A stretch of 64,000 nt of DNA from Dictyostelium discoideum (lineage: Eukaryota), in contig CM000152.2 of NCBI GenBank assembly GCA_000004695.1, positions 2,592,001 to 2,656,000 of the forward strand, in the 5' to 3' direction. The notes under the pieces were generated by a model. It was not told the DNA's origin. It saw only the letters and a list, made by a program, of their open reading frames with translations, and did no database searches. Made by a program: the position numbers and the translations under genes. This document shows positions 1-13,011 of the stretch, piece after piece. Numbering within the stretch: position 1 is the first letter of the stretch; every line of letters begins with the position of its first letter.

Positions 1-604
1 TTTTTTTTATCTTTAAAAAGTTATAAAAAAACAAAAATATTTACCCTTTTATGTATGTTTATCTAAATAGGGAAAAAAAAAAAAAAAATAATGAATAACC
101 AATTGTAAAAATAAATAAATTTTTAGTGCTGAATAAAAAAAAAAAAAAAAATAAAAAAAAAAAATAAAAAATAAAAAAAAAAAATAAAAAATTTAATAAA
201 AAAAAAAAAATATTTTTCAAATTTGAATGCGCGGACGAAAGAATTTGAAGTGAATTTTTGGTAATATACGTGTAATTTTTAAAAAAAAAAAAAAAAAATT
301 TTAAAACCAAAAACTTTTGTTTTTCCCATCAATTTTTTTTTTGTTAATTTTATTTAATTTCATTTTCTTTTTTTTTTTTGATTATTTAATTCTAATTTTC
401 ATTTTTTTTTTTTTCCTTTTTGTTTATTTTATTCTTATTTTTATTTTTAATTTTATTTTTATTTTATTTTTATTTTTATTTTTATTTTTATTTTTATTTT
501 TATTTTTATTTTTATTTTTATTTTTTTAACTTTTATCTTCACAATGATAAACAGTAAAACTCACCTATTTTTATTTATTCACAAGTTTTTAAAAATAAAT
601 AAAT

Positions 605-635
<31 letters not shown>

Positions 636-684
636 TTTTCACACATATTCCTAAAGGTAATAAGCTACGAACGATAAACATAAA

Positions 685-716
<32 letters not shown>

Positions 717-1260
717 CTAAACACCACACAAACAAAAAAAAAAAAAAAAAAAATATCCAAAACAACCTTTTGTTTACCAAAAAAAAAAATATAAACAAAA
801 TAAAATAAAAATACTATCCAATGTGATAGCGCCAGAGACAACATTTGTGTTTGTGTGACACTTTTATTTATAATAATGTCAGATCCAAATCAGATTTCAA
901 ATAATTACTGACAACCCAACCGCTAAAAAATTTTTTTTTTTTATTGGGCAATGAAAAATCTTGGGTATTTGGAAAAAAAAAAAAAAAAATAAAATAAAAT
1001 AAAATTATTAATAGTAAAAAAAAAAAAAAAAAAAAAAAAACAATTCGAGAAACAAAACAAAAAAAAAAAAAAAAAAAAATATTACCCATCACTGAAATAT
1101 AACTATATTTAAATATATTTGCATATTAATAATTTTTTTATTTTTTTTTTTAAAATTTTGATATTTTTTTTTTTTTTTTTTTTTTAAATAATCACTTCCC
1201 AAAAAAAAAAAAAAAAAAAAAAAAAAATCAAAAAAAAAAAAAAAACTAAATTTATTAAAG

Positions 1261-2061
1261 ATGAAAAGTGGTTTATTTTTAACATATATAACATTTTTAA
1301 TAATAATAAATATTGTTAATTGTGGAATCTTTAAATTTTTAGAACCAGTAAATTATATATCATCATCAAAATGGAGACTATCTAGAGACAGATCAATGAA
1401 TATTGGATGGAATTCCGAAGATCACAATGATACAATTCATTCAATAACAACATCATCAAGTGGACAATATATAATTTCATGTTCAAATGATAAATTAGCA
1501 AAATTTCATAGAGTTTTAATGTAAGTTAATCAATCAATTAATTAATTAATCAATTAATTAATATTTATTAATATTTATTTTATTTTACAAGGTATCCAAA
1601 TTTATATCCAGATTGGACACATATTTATTATGGAGAATTAAAATTAAGAGGATATGGTAATGATGATATTGAGAATTTAAAATGTTTACAAACATTAGAT
1701 GGTAAACAATTATTAACATTATCAGTTAATAAAAAAGAGAATAGAGTTCATTTGGATACTTTTACATTAATTGAATTAGATTCAATTGAAAATAGAAATC
1801 CAATAATAAACATTAAATCACCACAACCACCACCACCAAACATTAATCAATTATCAAATATTACAAACTTTAATATAATATTCCCATTGGATGATTATAA
1901 TGAAGTTTTTGTAAATTCATCATCTTTAAAATCAAATTTATTAAAATCACATATTTCAAAATCATCTTTAAAACAGCTTGAATCAAATAATCATTTTTCA
2001 CCATATACAACAACCTTAATAAATAAATTACAAAAATCACCACAAGGAGAACAGCAACACC

Positions 2062-2123
<62 letters not shown>

Positions 2124-3260
2124 GGAGAACAACAACAACAAGGAGAACAACAACAACCAATTTTTGATTTATCATTAAATGGTAAACATTTATTATTATC
2201 ATTTGATAATAAAATTAAAATTCAAAAAGTTCATAATCAATCAAATGATAATGGTAATCAAAAGTTTAAATGGGAAATTATAACAATTGAAGCAAGATAT
2301 AAAATTCAAGATGTTGTTTTTTTACCTGATAATAATGAAAATGATAATTCAATATTAGTTTTATTATTAGATTTAGAGAATGATGGTGATGGTAGTGATG
2401 GTAGTGATGGTGGTGATGATAGTGCTCAAAATTATCATCATCATCATCAATTAGAGAAACAAGCTAAATTAATTTTATATAAAAATATTGATGGAAAGAA
2501 ATGGAGACCAATTGAATTGGAAATTTCAAATCTACTTTTATCAACATCATTGAAAATCATTAGAAATAAAGCATTACCTCAAAATGATTGTATTTTAAAT
2601 AAACAGCAACAAAAACAACAACCAATTTTCGTTGGATTTCAAGATGATAGATTCACTGTTCATTTAGGTGAAATTAAAAATGATAAATTGATTTTAATTA
2701 AATCATTACCATTACCATTTCACCAAGAATTACCAAATGATCCAAATCATAGAGTTTCAATTGATTTTTCAAAAGATTCAAAAATGTTTTCAATTCAATA
2801 TCCAAATTCAAATACAATTTATATATATACAAGAGATGATTTTGATAATGAAGATAATAATAATAATAATAATAATAACAATAATAATAATAATGATGAT
2901 GATGATGGTTCATATTCGTTTAGATTATCAAGTATAATAGATGATTTGCCAATTAGATCACATGGTTCTGTATTGTTATTCAATTTTAAATATAATTATT
3001 TAGTTACAAATTTCGATGGTCATTTATCATTTTTTAGAGATTTTGAAACTCAAGTATCACAATGTGATCCAGCATCACGTACAAAAAGTTTTTATTTACC
3101 TTCACCACCTTTAAAATCAAATATTACTGGTAGTGATAGATTAGAACTTGAACAATTTGGTTTACTTTATTTACTTAAAATTGGTACCAATTCATCATCA
3201 TCATCATTATCATCAACATCAACATCATCATCAATTAGTCAAATTCAAATTAAAATTTTA
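1261..3260 (+). CDS. Upstream ORF with an N-terminal signal peptide. Exon 1 is 1261..1520; a GTAAGT intron spans 1521..1591; exon 2 starts at 1592. It is in frame with the downstream ALG3 coding region and has no stop between them, so it is either a separate secreted protein or an N-terminal extension of ALG3. It contains a polyQ tract (CAA repeats ~2050-2160) and polyN/D tracts.
   Basis: ATG at 1261 in an AAAATG context. The first 22 residues, MKSGLFLTYITFLIIINIVNCG, are hydrophobic and signal-like. GTAAGT lies at 1521 and a ...ACAAG acceptor at 1590-1591. Exon 1 is 260 nt (phase 2), and the frame is restored so it stays continuous with the 1752..4202 track ORF. The frame is open for ~2.6 kb, which cannot be chance in this AT-rich DNA. 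No confident homology was recognised for this part. Confidence 0.45.
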
Positions 3261-4223
3261 ATGTATACAATTTTTGGATATTCTTTAGTAATTTTATTAC
3301 AAAGATTATTAATTCCATTGGAGGTTTATTATATTGGTCCATTTATTAATAAGGTTTTAAAGAAAATTAGTTTTACTAAAATTAATATTAAAAATATTCA
3401 AAATATTTTATTTTATTCAATTGCATTGGTTATTTTATTACTTTCATTCTATGAAATTACTTTTCAAGCAGCATATACAAATGATTGGCCAGCTCATATT
3501 CATCATATTGATCAATTTTTAAATCCACCTCCTAAAAATATTTCAATATTTAATTCAATATCTGATTCAAATACAAATATTGCTTTTGGTGGTGGTAGTA
3601 CCACTACCACTTCAAATGATGAACAGTTAAATTATAATGATAATAATAATAATAATAATGAAGGTAGTGCTGAAAGTGATTTAAATAAATTATTCCCATC
3701 AATTCAATATCGTCAACAAAAGGATGATATTGATAATAGTGGTTCAAGTTCAAGTAGTGAAGAATTTTTTAATAGTTTAAATATTAAAGCACCACAAGGA
3801 AATAGTAATTTTAATTCAAGTAATGGAGGTTATCAATACTTTTCAAAATATTTACCATCATTTTTAAGAGATAAATTCGATTTCGATTATAATAATTATA
3901 TGCATTATCATGGTCCAAATACTTATCCAGCTGGGTTCCTTTATCTTTATACACTACTATACTATATTAGTAATCATGGTCAATCATTACAAATATTTCA
4001 ATTGATTTGGGCATTTTTAGAATTTTTCAATTTCATTTTAATTAAAAAGATTTGTGAAAAATTATCAATTCCAATCATTTTAGCTGTATTACCAATACTT
4101 TCAAATAGATTACATTTATATAATGTTAGAGTTGTAATTAATGATTTTCCATCAACTTTTTTAATTCATATTTGTGTATTATTATTAATTAGTAAAAGGT
4201 AAATTATAAATTATAAATTATAA

Positions 4224-4304
<81 letters not shown>

Positions 4305-4682
4305 AAAATAATTAAATTATTAATTAAATTATTATTGTTATTATTATTTTATTAGATTTAAATTATTTTCAACATTATTTTCAATTATAGTTTCATTGAA
4401 ATTAAATACAATTTTCCATTCACCTGCAATTTTATTCATATTTTTTAATAGTCTTTCAATTGGTCAAGTAATTTTAAATTTAACTATAATGGCATTCATT
4501 CAATTATTAGTTGGTTTACCATTTTTAATGGTAAATCCAGTTGCTTACTTTACAAATGCTTATGATTTTAGTAGAACTTTATTATGGGAAAAAACTAGAA
4601 ATTTCAAATTTATTGGTAGATTAATTTATGATTCAACTTTATTTAATATTTTATTGGTAATTATTTATTTTTAATTTAATAA

Positions 4683-4729
<47 letters not shown>

Positions 4730-5278
4730 TGGTTCCTAACATTTAAAATTTTTTTTTTTATATTTATTATTTAGTTATTATTATTAATTATTACAATTTT
4801 AATATTTATTTATAAATATCAATTGGCTGTAAATGAAATTAATAGATTATTAAAAGTTGTAAAGAATAATACTGGTGGTACAATTAATAATGAAAATAAT
4901 AATATTGGTGATGAAGAAATTGAATTGAAATTAAAAAGAATTTATATATTATCATTTATTAGTGTAAATTTCTTTGCAGTAGTTTGGGCAAGAGGATTAT
5001 ATACACCATTTATGTGTTGGTATTTCTATACACTACCAATCATATTGTATTTCGCTAAATTCTCTTATACTTTTATTGTATTATTTTGGTTAGCTCACGA
5101 AATACTATTTAGATTCTTTAAAGATTTCTATATTGAAATGTTGGGTACATTTATATTCTTAAATATAAATCTTTTAATTTTAATTAGATTATATAATAAT
5201 TTCAATTTTACAACTTCAACAAAATCTACAATTCCAAGAATAAAAACAAAAACTCAACAAAAAATCAAAACACAATAA
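3261..5278 (+). CDS. alg3: ALG3 (dolichyl-P-Man:Man5GlcNAc2-PP-dolichol alpha-1,3-mannosyltransferase) core. Exons are 3261(or earlier)..4198, 4356..4656 and 4775..5278.
   Basis: Three translated segments match conserved ALG3 blocks: AYTNDWPAH....YPAGFLYLYTLLYY / VLPILSNRLHLYNVRVVINDFPSTF; (R)FKLFSTLFSIIVSLKLNTIFHSPAILF...LVGLPFLMVNPVAYFTNAYDFSRTLLWEKTRNFKF; and ...AVVWARGLYTPFMCWYFYTLPIILYF...IRLY. These correspond to yeast/human ALG3 YPAGHVYIYSILYY, LLILSKRLHSIFVLRLFND, SVKMSSLLYVPAY...AFDFGRAFDYKWTVNWRF. Splice phases were checked: donor AG|GTAAAT at 4198/4199 (phase 2) joins acceptor TTAG| at 4355 to give codon AGA; donor TTG|GTAATT at 4656/4657 (phase 0) joins acceptor TTTAG| at 4774. 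The intron 4199..4355 is almost pure (TTA)n. Confidence 0.85.
4210..4300. repeat. (TTA)n microsatellite forming most of the alg3 intron.
   Basis: Direct reading of ttattattatt... between donor 4199 and acceptor 4355. Confidence 0.9.
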
Positions 5279-5303
5279 ATCAATAATTAAATAACTAAAT
5301 AAT

Positions 5304-5346
<43 letters not shown>

Positions 5347-5531
5347 AAATAAAAAGAAATGTATTTTTAATTAATTCCTTTATTTAAGTTTTTATAGTTT
5401 TCTATTTTTATTTTTTACTTTTTTTTATTATTAAAATATTTTAATTGATTTATAAAATTGATAGAAAAAAAAAAAAAAAGGAAAAAAAAAAAAAAAGAAA
5501 AAAATAAATAGTTAAATATTATATTATTTAC

Positions 5532-6253
5532 TTATTTAGTTTCAGCAAATAATTCTCTACCAATTAACATTCTTCTAATTTCACTTGTACCAGCACCAAT
5601 TTCATATAATTTAGCATCACGAAGTAAACGACCAGTTGGGAATTCATTGATGTAACCATTACCACCTAAAGTTTGAATTGCTTGTAAAGCCATTTGGGTT
5701 GCATTCTCAGCAGTGTATAAAATGACGGCAGCACAATCTTTACGAGAGGTGTAACCAGCATCGGCAGATTTAGCGACAGAGTAAACGTATGAACGACTTG
5801 CATTCAATAAAGTGTACATATCTGCGACTTTACCTTGCATCAATTGGAATTCACCAATTGGTTTACCAAATTGTTCACGTTGGTGAAGGTATGGAACAAC
5901 ATTATCCATACATGCTTGCATAATACCTAATGGACCAGCTGATAAAACTAAACGTTCATAATCCAAACCACTCATTAATACCTTGACACCACCACCAACA
6001 GTACCTAATACATTTTCATCTGGTACGAAACAATCTTCGAAAACTAATTCACATGTGTTACTTCCTCTCATACCAAGTTTATCTAATTTTTGACCAGTTG
6101 AAAAACCTTTCATCTCTTTTTCAATTAAAAATGCTGTAATACCTTTACTTCCTGCATTAATATCTGTCTTTGCATAAACAACTAAAACATTTGCATCTGG
6201 ACCATTTGTAATCCACATTTTATTACCATTTAATAACCAACCACCCTCTTTTT

Positions 6254-6299
<46 letters not shown>

Positions 6300-6325
6300 T
6301 TTATTATAACTACTATTATTTAATA

Positions 6326-6392
<67 letters not shown>

Positions 6393-6965
6393 GTAATAAT
6401 AATAATAGTAATAATAATAATAATAATAATTACCTGTTTTCTTTGCATTTGTTTTCATACTAACAACATCAGAACCAGCATTTGGTTCAGACATAGCGAG
6501 AGCACCAACAAAATCACCACTAATTAATTTTGGAAGATATTTATCTTTTTGAGCTTCATTTGCATTTCTAGTGATTTGATTGATACAAAGATTTGAATGG
6601 GCACCATAAGAGAGAGCGACTGAGGCTGATGCTCTTGATAATTCTTCCATTGCAATACAATGAGCGGTATAACCTAAATCTAAACCACCATATTTAGATG
6701 GTGCTGTAATACCTAATAAACCTAAATCACCCATTTTCTTCCACATTTCATTTGGGAATAAATTGTTTTTGTCAACATCAGCTGCGATTGGTGCTAATTC
6801 GTTTTGAGCAAATTCTCTAACACTTTCTTGTAATTGTAATAAGGTTTCATCAAATCCATTAATATCTCTACCTGTAAAAATGGAACGAGAAATAATATTT
6901 TTATTGCTTGATGAACTTTTAATAAATCCTAAAATATTACTTGATTTTTTTAATGATCTAAACAT
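5532..6965 (-). CDS. ivdA: Mitochondrial isovaleryl-CoA dehydrogenase (acyl-CoA dehydrogenase family). There are 2 exons: 6434..6965 and 5532..~6247. The intron (~6248..6433) is (AAT)n and poly-A.
   Basis: The translation aligns end to end with IVD: [141 protein letters not shown]. The true ATG is at minus 6965 (AATAAAATG); the track's upstream TTG start is spurious. The donor (minus) CAG|GTAATT maps to plus 6433/6434, and the acceptor to AAAAAG| at plus ~6248. The track ORF reads through the intron as polyY. Confidence 0.92.
6305..6425. repeat. (AAT)n microsatellite, ~40 units, forming most of the IVD intron.
   Basis: Direct reading: aataataat...; read-through on the minus strand gives the polyY stretch in the track ORF. 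Confidence 0.9.
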
Positions 6966-6995
6966 TTTATTACTGTTGTTTTGACGTCTCGACTT

Positions 6996-7031
<36 letters not shown>

Positions 7032-7427
7032 AAAAAAAAAAAAAAAAAAAAAACAATGAAAAGTAAAAAATTTTTAGGTGCTGGTAAAAAAGGGGTTTTG
7101 GTCAATAAAAAAAATAAAAAAAAAAAGAAAAAAAAATGTTCCCACAAATCCAAAACACCTTAATTTTTATTATTAACAATTAAAAAAAAAATAAAATAAA
7201 AATAAAAATTATAAAGAAAAAAGTAATGGAAATTTTACTTGTTTTAATTTTTTAAAAAAATTTATAAAAAGGTAATCTATTGCTGATGTAATATTTATTA
7301 TAATGGTTTTTCATATTTTTAATTTATTTATTTATTTGTTTATTTATTTGTTTACTTATAATTTTTTATTTTTTTATTTTTTTTTTTTTTTTTTTTTTTA
7401 ATTTTAAAAACTAGTAGTAGTTAATTT

Positions 7428-7841
7428 TTAATTTATGAATGGTATAATTTTATATGTTGATTTTTTATATTCTTGGTATTGAGGATTTCCAGAAAATTTT
7501 TCATCTGATATTTTTTCCATCATTGGAGTTGAAATTTTTAACATTAAAAAACTTATAAATAAAGGAGAAATCAAAGAAATAAACTTATACCAATAAGAAT
7601 CCAATCCTCTAAAACAAATGAAATAAATTATCCAATGCATCATTATTTCAGAGAAATAATTTGGATGACGACAAAGTCTCTTCCATAATCCTTGGTTAAT
7701 AAATTTACCTTTATTCTCTGGTTTACCTAAAAATAGTGTTTTTTGTCCATCTGCAACAGCTTCAATTGTAAAAAATGTACTCCATAATAAAATTAATATA
7801 TAATCTATTAAACTAATAATAAGAAAAAAAAATAAAAAAAT

Positions 7842-7872
<31 letters not shown>

Positions 7873-8334
7873 TACATTTTATTTATTTTTTTATTTTATT
7901 TTATTTTATTTTTACCTTAAAGAAATTGAAAAATGTTGATGAGTAACTAATAATAAAGGAGTGATTGTAAAATTAATCCATAATGATTGCATGAACCAAT
8001 AGATGAAAAATTTTTTTGGGTTATTTCTAACTTTATCAAAACGTTTATCTTTTTTATTTCTTTTAATTCTATCGTTGAGAAAAATTACTAACCTACTTGA
8101 CCATACAATAATGAAAATTGATACAATTAATGCACGTCTTAACCCATAAACATATCCACTCTCTCCAATATGTTCAATTTCATAATAATAGTTTTTGACA
8201 AGTGATAATAATCCAACTAAAACAAATGTTCCACATCCAAAAACATCATAATATCTTTTTGATTTTATTAAAAATGCTGAATGTAAAAATCCAACAAATT
8301 GAATTAAAAAAACTGATAAATAAATCCCCAACAT
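7428..8334 (-). CDS. DUF1295-family membrane protein (steroid-5-alpha-reductase C-terminal-like / ICMT-like fold). There are 2 exons: 7916..8334 and 7428..7812. The intron is 7813..7915.
   Basis: Exon 1 carries the family signature ...IVWSSRLVIFLNDRIKRNKKDKRFDKVRNNP...FMQSLWI. Exon 2 carries GLWKRLCRHPNYFSEIMMHWIIYF (the xLWxYSRHPNYFGE motif of DUF1295). The donor is AG|GTAAAA (phase 2; the in-frame TAA at the donor is what ends track ORF 7912..8334). The acceptor is TTATTAG| at 7813, and the phases are consistent (419 nt + 385 nt). ATG is at minus 8334. Confidence 0.75.
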
Positions 8335-9488
8335 TTCCCAACCTTTTACCTCTATTTATTTTGTGTTTGTGTATGTGTGTATATATATTGTGATTTTAAA
8401 TTTTAATCTCAAAATTTTTTTTTTTTTTTTTTTTAATTTTGTTTTTTATTTTTTTTATTTTTTTTTTTTTATTTTTGAAATTAAAAAAATAAAATAAAAT
8501 AATAATAATTTCAAATTCAAGAAAAAAAAAAAAAAATAAAAAAAAAAAAAACAATAATAAACTTTTTTTTTTATTTTAAAATTTAATATTAAATTTTACT
8601 TTTTGATTTAAATTTTATCCAAAAAAAAAAAAAAAAGTTAAAAATTAAAAATTCATAGAAAAAAATTGTTTTAATCTTACTTTAATAATTTATAAAAAAA
8701 AGTTTTTACTTGAAAAGGATAAATGACAACAATTTTTTTTATTTAAAATTAATTAAATTTTCGATTATAGCAGAATTAAAAGATAACAAAATTCAAATAA
8801 TTTAAAAAATGGTTTGTTTGTTTTTATTTTTTTATTTTTTTTTTTTTTTTTTTTCTTTTCAAAAAAGATAAATTATATAGACAAATATTATTATATTATT
8901 ATTATTATTTGCTATTTATGGATATCATCATACTATCACAAAATCAAATTATATGAATTTTGTGTATTTTGAAGAGTTAATTTATTATTTATTTTTTTAA
9001 TTAAATAATTTTAAATTAATTATTTTTTATTTTTTTTTATTTTTTATTTTTTTTTAATGATTGAATATAAATTAAACTGATGGGGTATTATTCAACAAAT
9101 AAATAACCACACACCGTCGATAATTTATATTTTTTTTTTTTATTTTTTTTTTTTTTATTTTTTTTTTTTATATTTATTCCATTTTTTTTATTTTTTTAAT
9201 TTTTTTTTATTTTTAAATTATTATTTCAAACAATTTTTTACTTAATTACTCTTCAAATATTTCTCCCGATAATAATATTTCAAAATTTAAACTATAATTT
9301 TTTTGATTAAAAGTATCATATTTTACTTCCATGTTTTTTTTTTATGTGTGTGTGGTTTTTTTTTTTTTATAATGAGAAAAAAAAAAATATATTAAGATAT
9401 TGGGAGATCCAAAGATATTAAAAATAAACATTGCACATCATACTACCCACTATTTGGATTAGTTTTTTTTTTTTTTTTTTTCAATAAA

Positions 9489-9533
<45 letters not shown>

Positions 9534-9911
9534 AATCAAAAAAAAAAAAAGTCTATTATTAAAAAAACATAACAAAAAAAATATATAAATAATTTATATA
9601 CATATTTATTAGTGATATTAATAATTATAAATAATAATAATTATAAAAAAAATAAAATATTACTTTTTTGTAAGGTGTAAAAAAAAAAATCAAAAAAATT
9701 CGAAAATATATATTTTACCTATTAATAGTTGAAGAAGTAAAATTAAAAAAACCTAAAAAAAATAAAAAAAATGGCAAATCTGTGTATGTTAATGTGTGAA
9801 CATTTAAAATTATCTTTTTTTACTATTATTATATTAAAATTTAACTACTATAAATTTTTTTATTAAATATTTCACAAAAAAAAATTAAAAAAAAAATACC
9901 ACCATTCCAAG

Positions 9912-9968
9912 GGTAAGGCCTTTTTTTTTAATTTAATTTAATTTAATTTAATTTAATTTAATTTAATT
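9912..9968. repeat. (AATTT)n pentanucleotide repeat in intergenic DNA.
   Basis: The sequence aatttaatttaatttaattt... appears 11 times. Confidence 0.9.
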
Positions 9969-10210
9969 TTTTTCAATTTAATTTTTAATGGTAATTTAAT
10001 TTATTTTATTTTAATTTTTCCCAAATTATAACAAAATTTTTTTTTTTTTTTTAAACGTTTGTATTGTTTTTTTAAAGACAATTATTTATATAATAATAAA
10101 AAAAAAGAAATGTGAAAGAAAAAGAAAAAAAAAAAAAAAACCGTGTATGTGTTGGAAAAATTAATATTGATTCTTTATTTAGAGTAATTGTTTATTTGAA
10201 ATTTTTGTTG

Positions 10211-10248
<38 letters not shown>

Positions 10249-10285
10249 CTAAATTTTTATTTTTATTTTTATTTTTATTTTTTTT

Positions 10286-10326
<41 letters not shown>

Positions 10327-10495
10327 CCCTAAATAAAAACCAAATCAATAAATTAATAATAGAAAATAAAAATTTTAAATATTAACTAATCCATAGTTAT
10401 TATTATTTTTTTTTTTTCTTTTTTAATATTTATATATATATATTTATTCCTTTTTTTTTTTTTTATTAAACGAAGCGTTCGTTTTTCCTTTCAAA

Positions 10496-11108
10496 ATGGG
10501 ACATCAAATTTCTAAAGAAGATAATGGGTAATTATTATTAATATTAATAAATCAAAATATGCCAAACCTAATAATTTTTAATAATAATTTTTTTTTTTTT
10601 TTTTATAAATAATTATTAATCCACCCCAATTTTTAATTAATTTTTCAAAAATATCAATTTACTTACACCCCACACATTTACCCCACTTTTTATTTTTTTA
10701 TTTTTATATATATATATATATTTTTTTTTAAAAAAAAAAATCAATTTATATTTTACTTTTTTTTTTATATTATTTTTTATTTTGGATTTAGAGAACAAAG
10801 CAATAGTAATAATTTAAAGAAAGAACGTAGATATACAACCAACAGTAGTAATCTACATTTCCTTTATCAACAAGAAGAAGGAATTGGAATTAATTATAAA
10901 ACAGGATCAGCAAATAACAGTTTGAGCAATAGTACTAATAGTAATAATAATAATTATAATAATACAAATAGTAGTAATAATAATAATAATAGTGGAAATA
11001 ACAAAAAAATAACAGAAAGTACAAGTTTAGAAGATTTTAAACAATTTTCAACCACACTTTCAATTTCAAGTACAACACCACCTGACACACCAATAATTTC
11101 TTATAATA

Positions 11109-11147
<39 letters not shown>

Positions 11148-11956
11148 CAAATAAAGCTGTACATTTTACAAGAACAAGATCTAGATCATTAAATATAACA
11201 AATACAAGTAGAAATTTAAAGGTTACATCATCTCCAATCATAGATAGTCAGGTATGCGCACCAAATAACAGTTATAATAGTTCAATTCAATCTTTAAATT
11301 CATTATCATCTACAAATAGTTTATCAATCAATACAAATACAAATACATCATCATCATTATCATTATCTTCAAATTCTTCAAATAATAGTTTATCAACTCT
11401 AACTAATACAACTACTACAACAACAACTACTACAACCACTAATACAACACAACAACAACAACCTATAAAAGGTAGAAAATCAAAATCAAGTAACGCATTA
11501 TTTAAATCATTAAGATCATCTTTAACAGGTTCTTCAAGTAGTAATAGTAATAGTGGTAAAAAGAGATCATCTTCAATATCCTCTAGTACAAATAGTTTAG
11601 ATATAAATAGCGCCAATAATAATAATAATAATAATAATAGTTTAAAAGTATCATCAAAGAAATCATCAAAAGGGGGTTCACCAAATTCAAGTACAGAATC
11701 ACTTCAATCTTTATCAACATCAGCATCAGCATCATCATTAACATCCACACCACCATTACCACCAAAAAGTAATGCTTTTTCAAAATCTCAAAATTCAAGT
11801 GCATCATCATTAAATAAACAAGTTATATCATCATTACCACCATTAGCACCAACATCAACATTAACAACAACAACAACAAATTTAGAAGTTTCAAAAGAAT
11901 CTTTAAAGCCATCATCAACACCAATTGATAATAATTCTGTAGCAGATTCATCCTAC

Positions 11957-12039
<83 letters not shown>

Positions 12040-12971
12040 TAATAATAATTTACTTGATAGATTAACAGATCAATTACATAGAGATCCTTTCTTTTATAAT
12101 ACAAATACAGCATACCAAGAAGAGAATATAATAGTTGAAGAGGTCGTAGTAAAAGAGGAAGAGAAATCATTACCTCCAAAGAAATTACCACCACCTTTAC
12201 CACCTAAAAACTTTAAACAAACAACAACCACCACCGCAACAACAACAACAACAACAACCACAACAATGAATCCACCATCACCAATAATTCAAAATGTAAA
12301 TAGAAATAATAGTAGTAGTAATAATAGTAGTAGACATGAATTATTGAGAAAATCATCAGGTATATTACCACCACAAACTGAACCAACCTATCCAAGTGAA
12401 ACAAGTTCAAAGAGATCATCAGTTGAGATTAAATATTTAGAAGAGAATCATAAATATCAAATATTTGATAGATTGGGTAGTGGAACATTTAGTGATGTTT
12501 ATTTATGTATTAATAAAGAGAATGGTAAACAATATGCAATGAAAATCATTGATAAATCATTAGTGACAATGATTGCACAACATACTGATATGAAAGTTGA
12601 GACAGAGGTAAACATACTGAAACAATCATTTCATCCTCACGTAATTCAAATCATTGATCATTTTGAAAGCGAACTTTATTATTACATTGTCACTGAATTA
12701 CTACAAGGTGGTGAACTCTTATATCAATTAGAAAAGAATCATCCCTCAACCAATGAAAACGTTTCAAACTACACTGAAGAACATGCTAGAAAAATCATTA
12801 AACAAGTCATTCAAGCTGTTGGATTCTTACATTCAAATAAAATTGTACATCGTGATCTTAAACCTGAAAATATCCTATTCCGAGATAAATCATTAGGTTC
12901 AATTTTAAAAATTATTGATTTTGGTTTAGCTTCATATGTTGATCATGATTGTAATTGTAATAATAATAATG

Positions 12972-13011
<40 letters not shown>

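Noticed and set aside
59-1092. Four small ORFs (polyF / polyK) in the first kilobase.
   Set aside because: They are translations of homopolymer A/T tracts and (TTTTA)n repeats in AT-rich intergenic DNA, and have no complexity.
1870-2202. Minus-strand 110-aa ORF with a polyV run; also 2698..2913 (-) and 2737..2937 (+).
   Set aside because: These are antisense or alternate-frame readings of the (CAA)n polyQ and (AAT)n polyN tracts inside the long plus-strand ORF. They have no splice or start support.
6981-7163. 60-aa polyK ORF immediately upstream of the IVD start.
   Set aside because: It is an A-tract in the IVD promoter and 5' region read as AAA codons.
11287-12419. Four minus-strand ORFs (polyV, polyY, polyL) inside the kinase gene.
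   Set aside because: They are antisense to the N/T-rich low-complexity N-terminal region of the kinase, where AAT/ACA repeats give ATT/TGT on the other strand.
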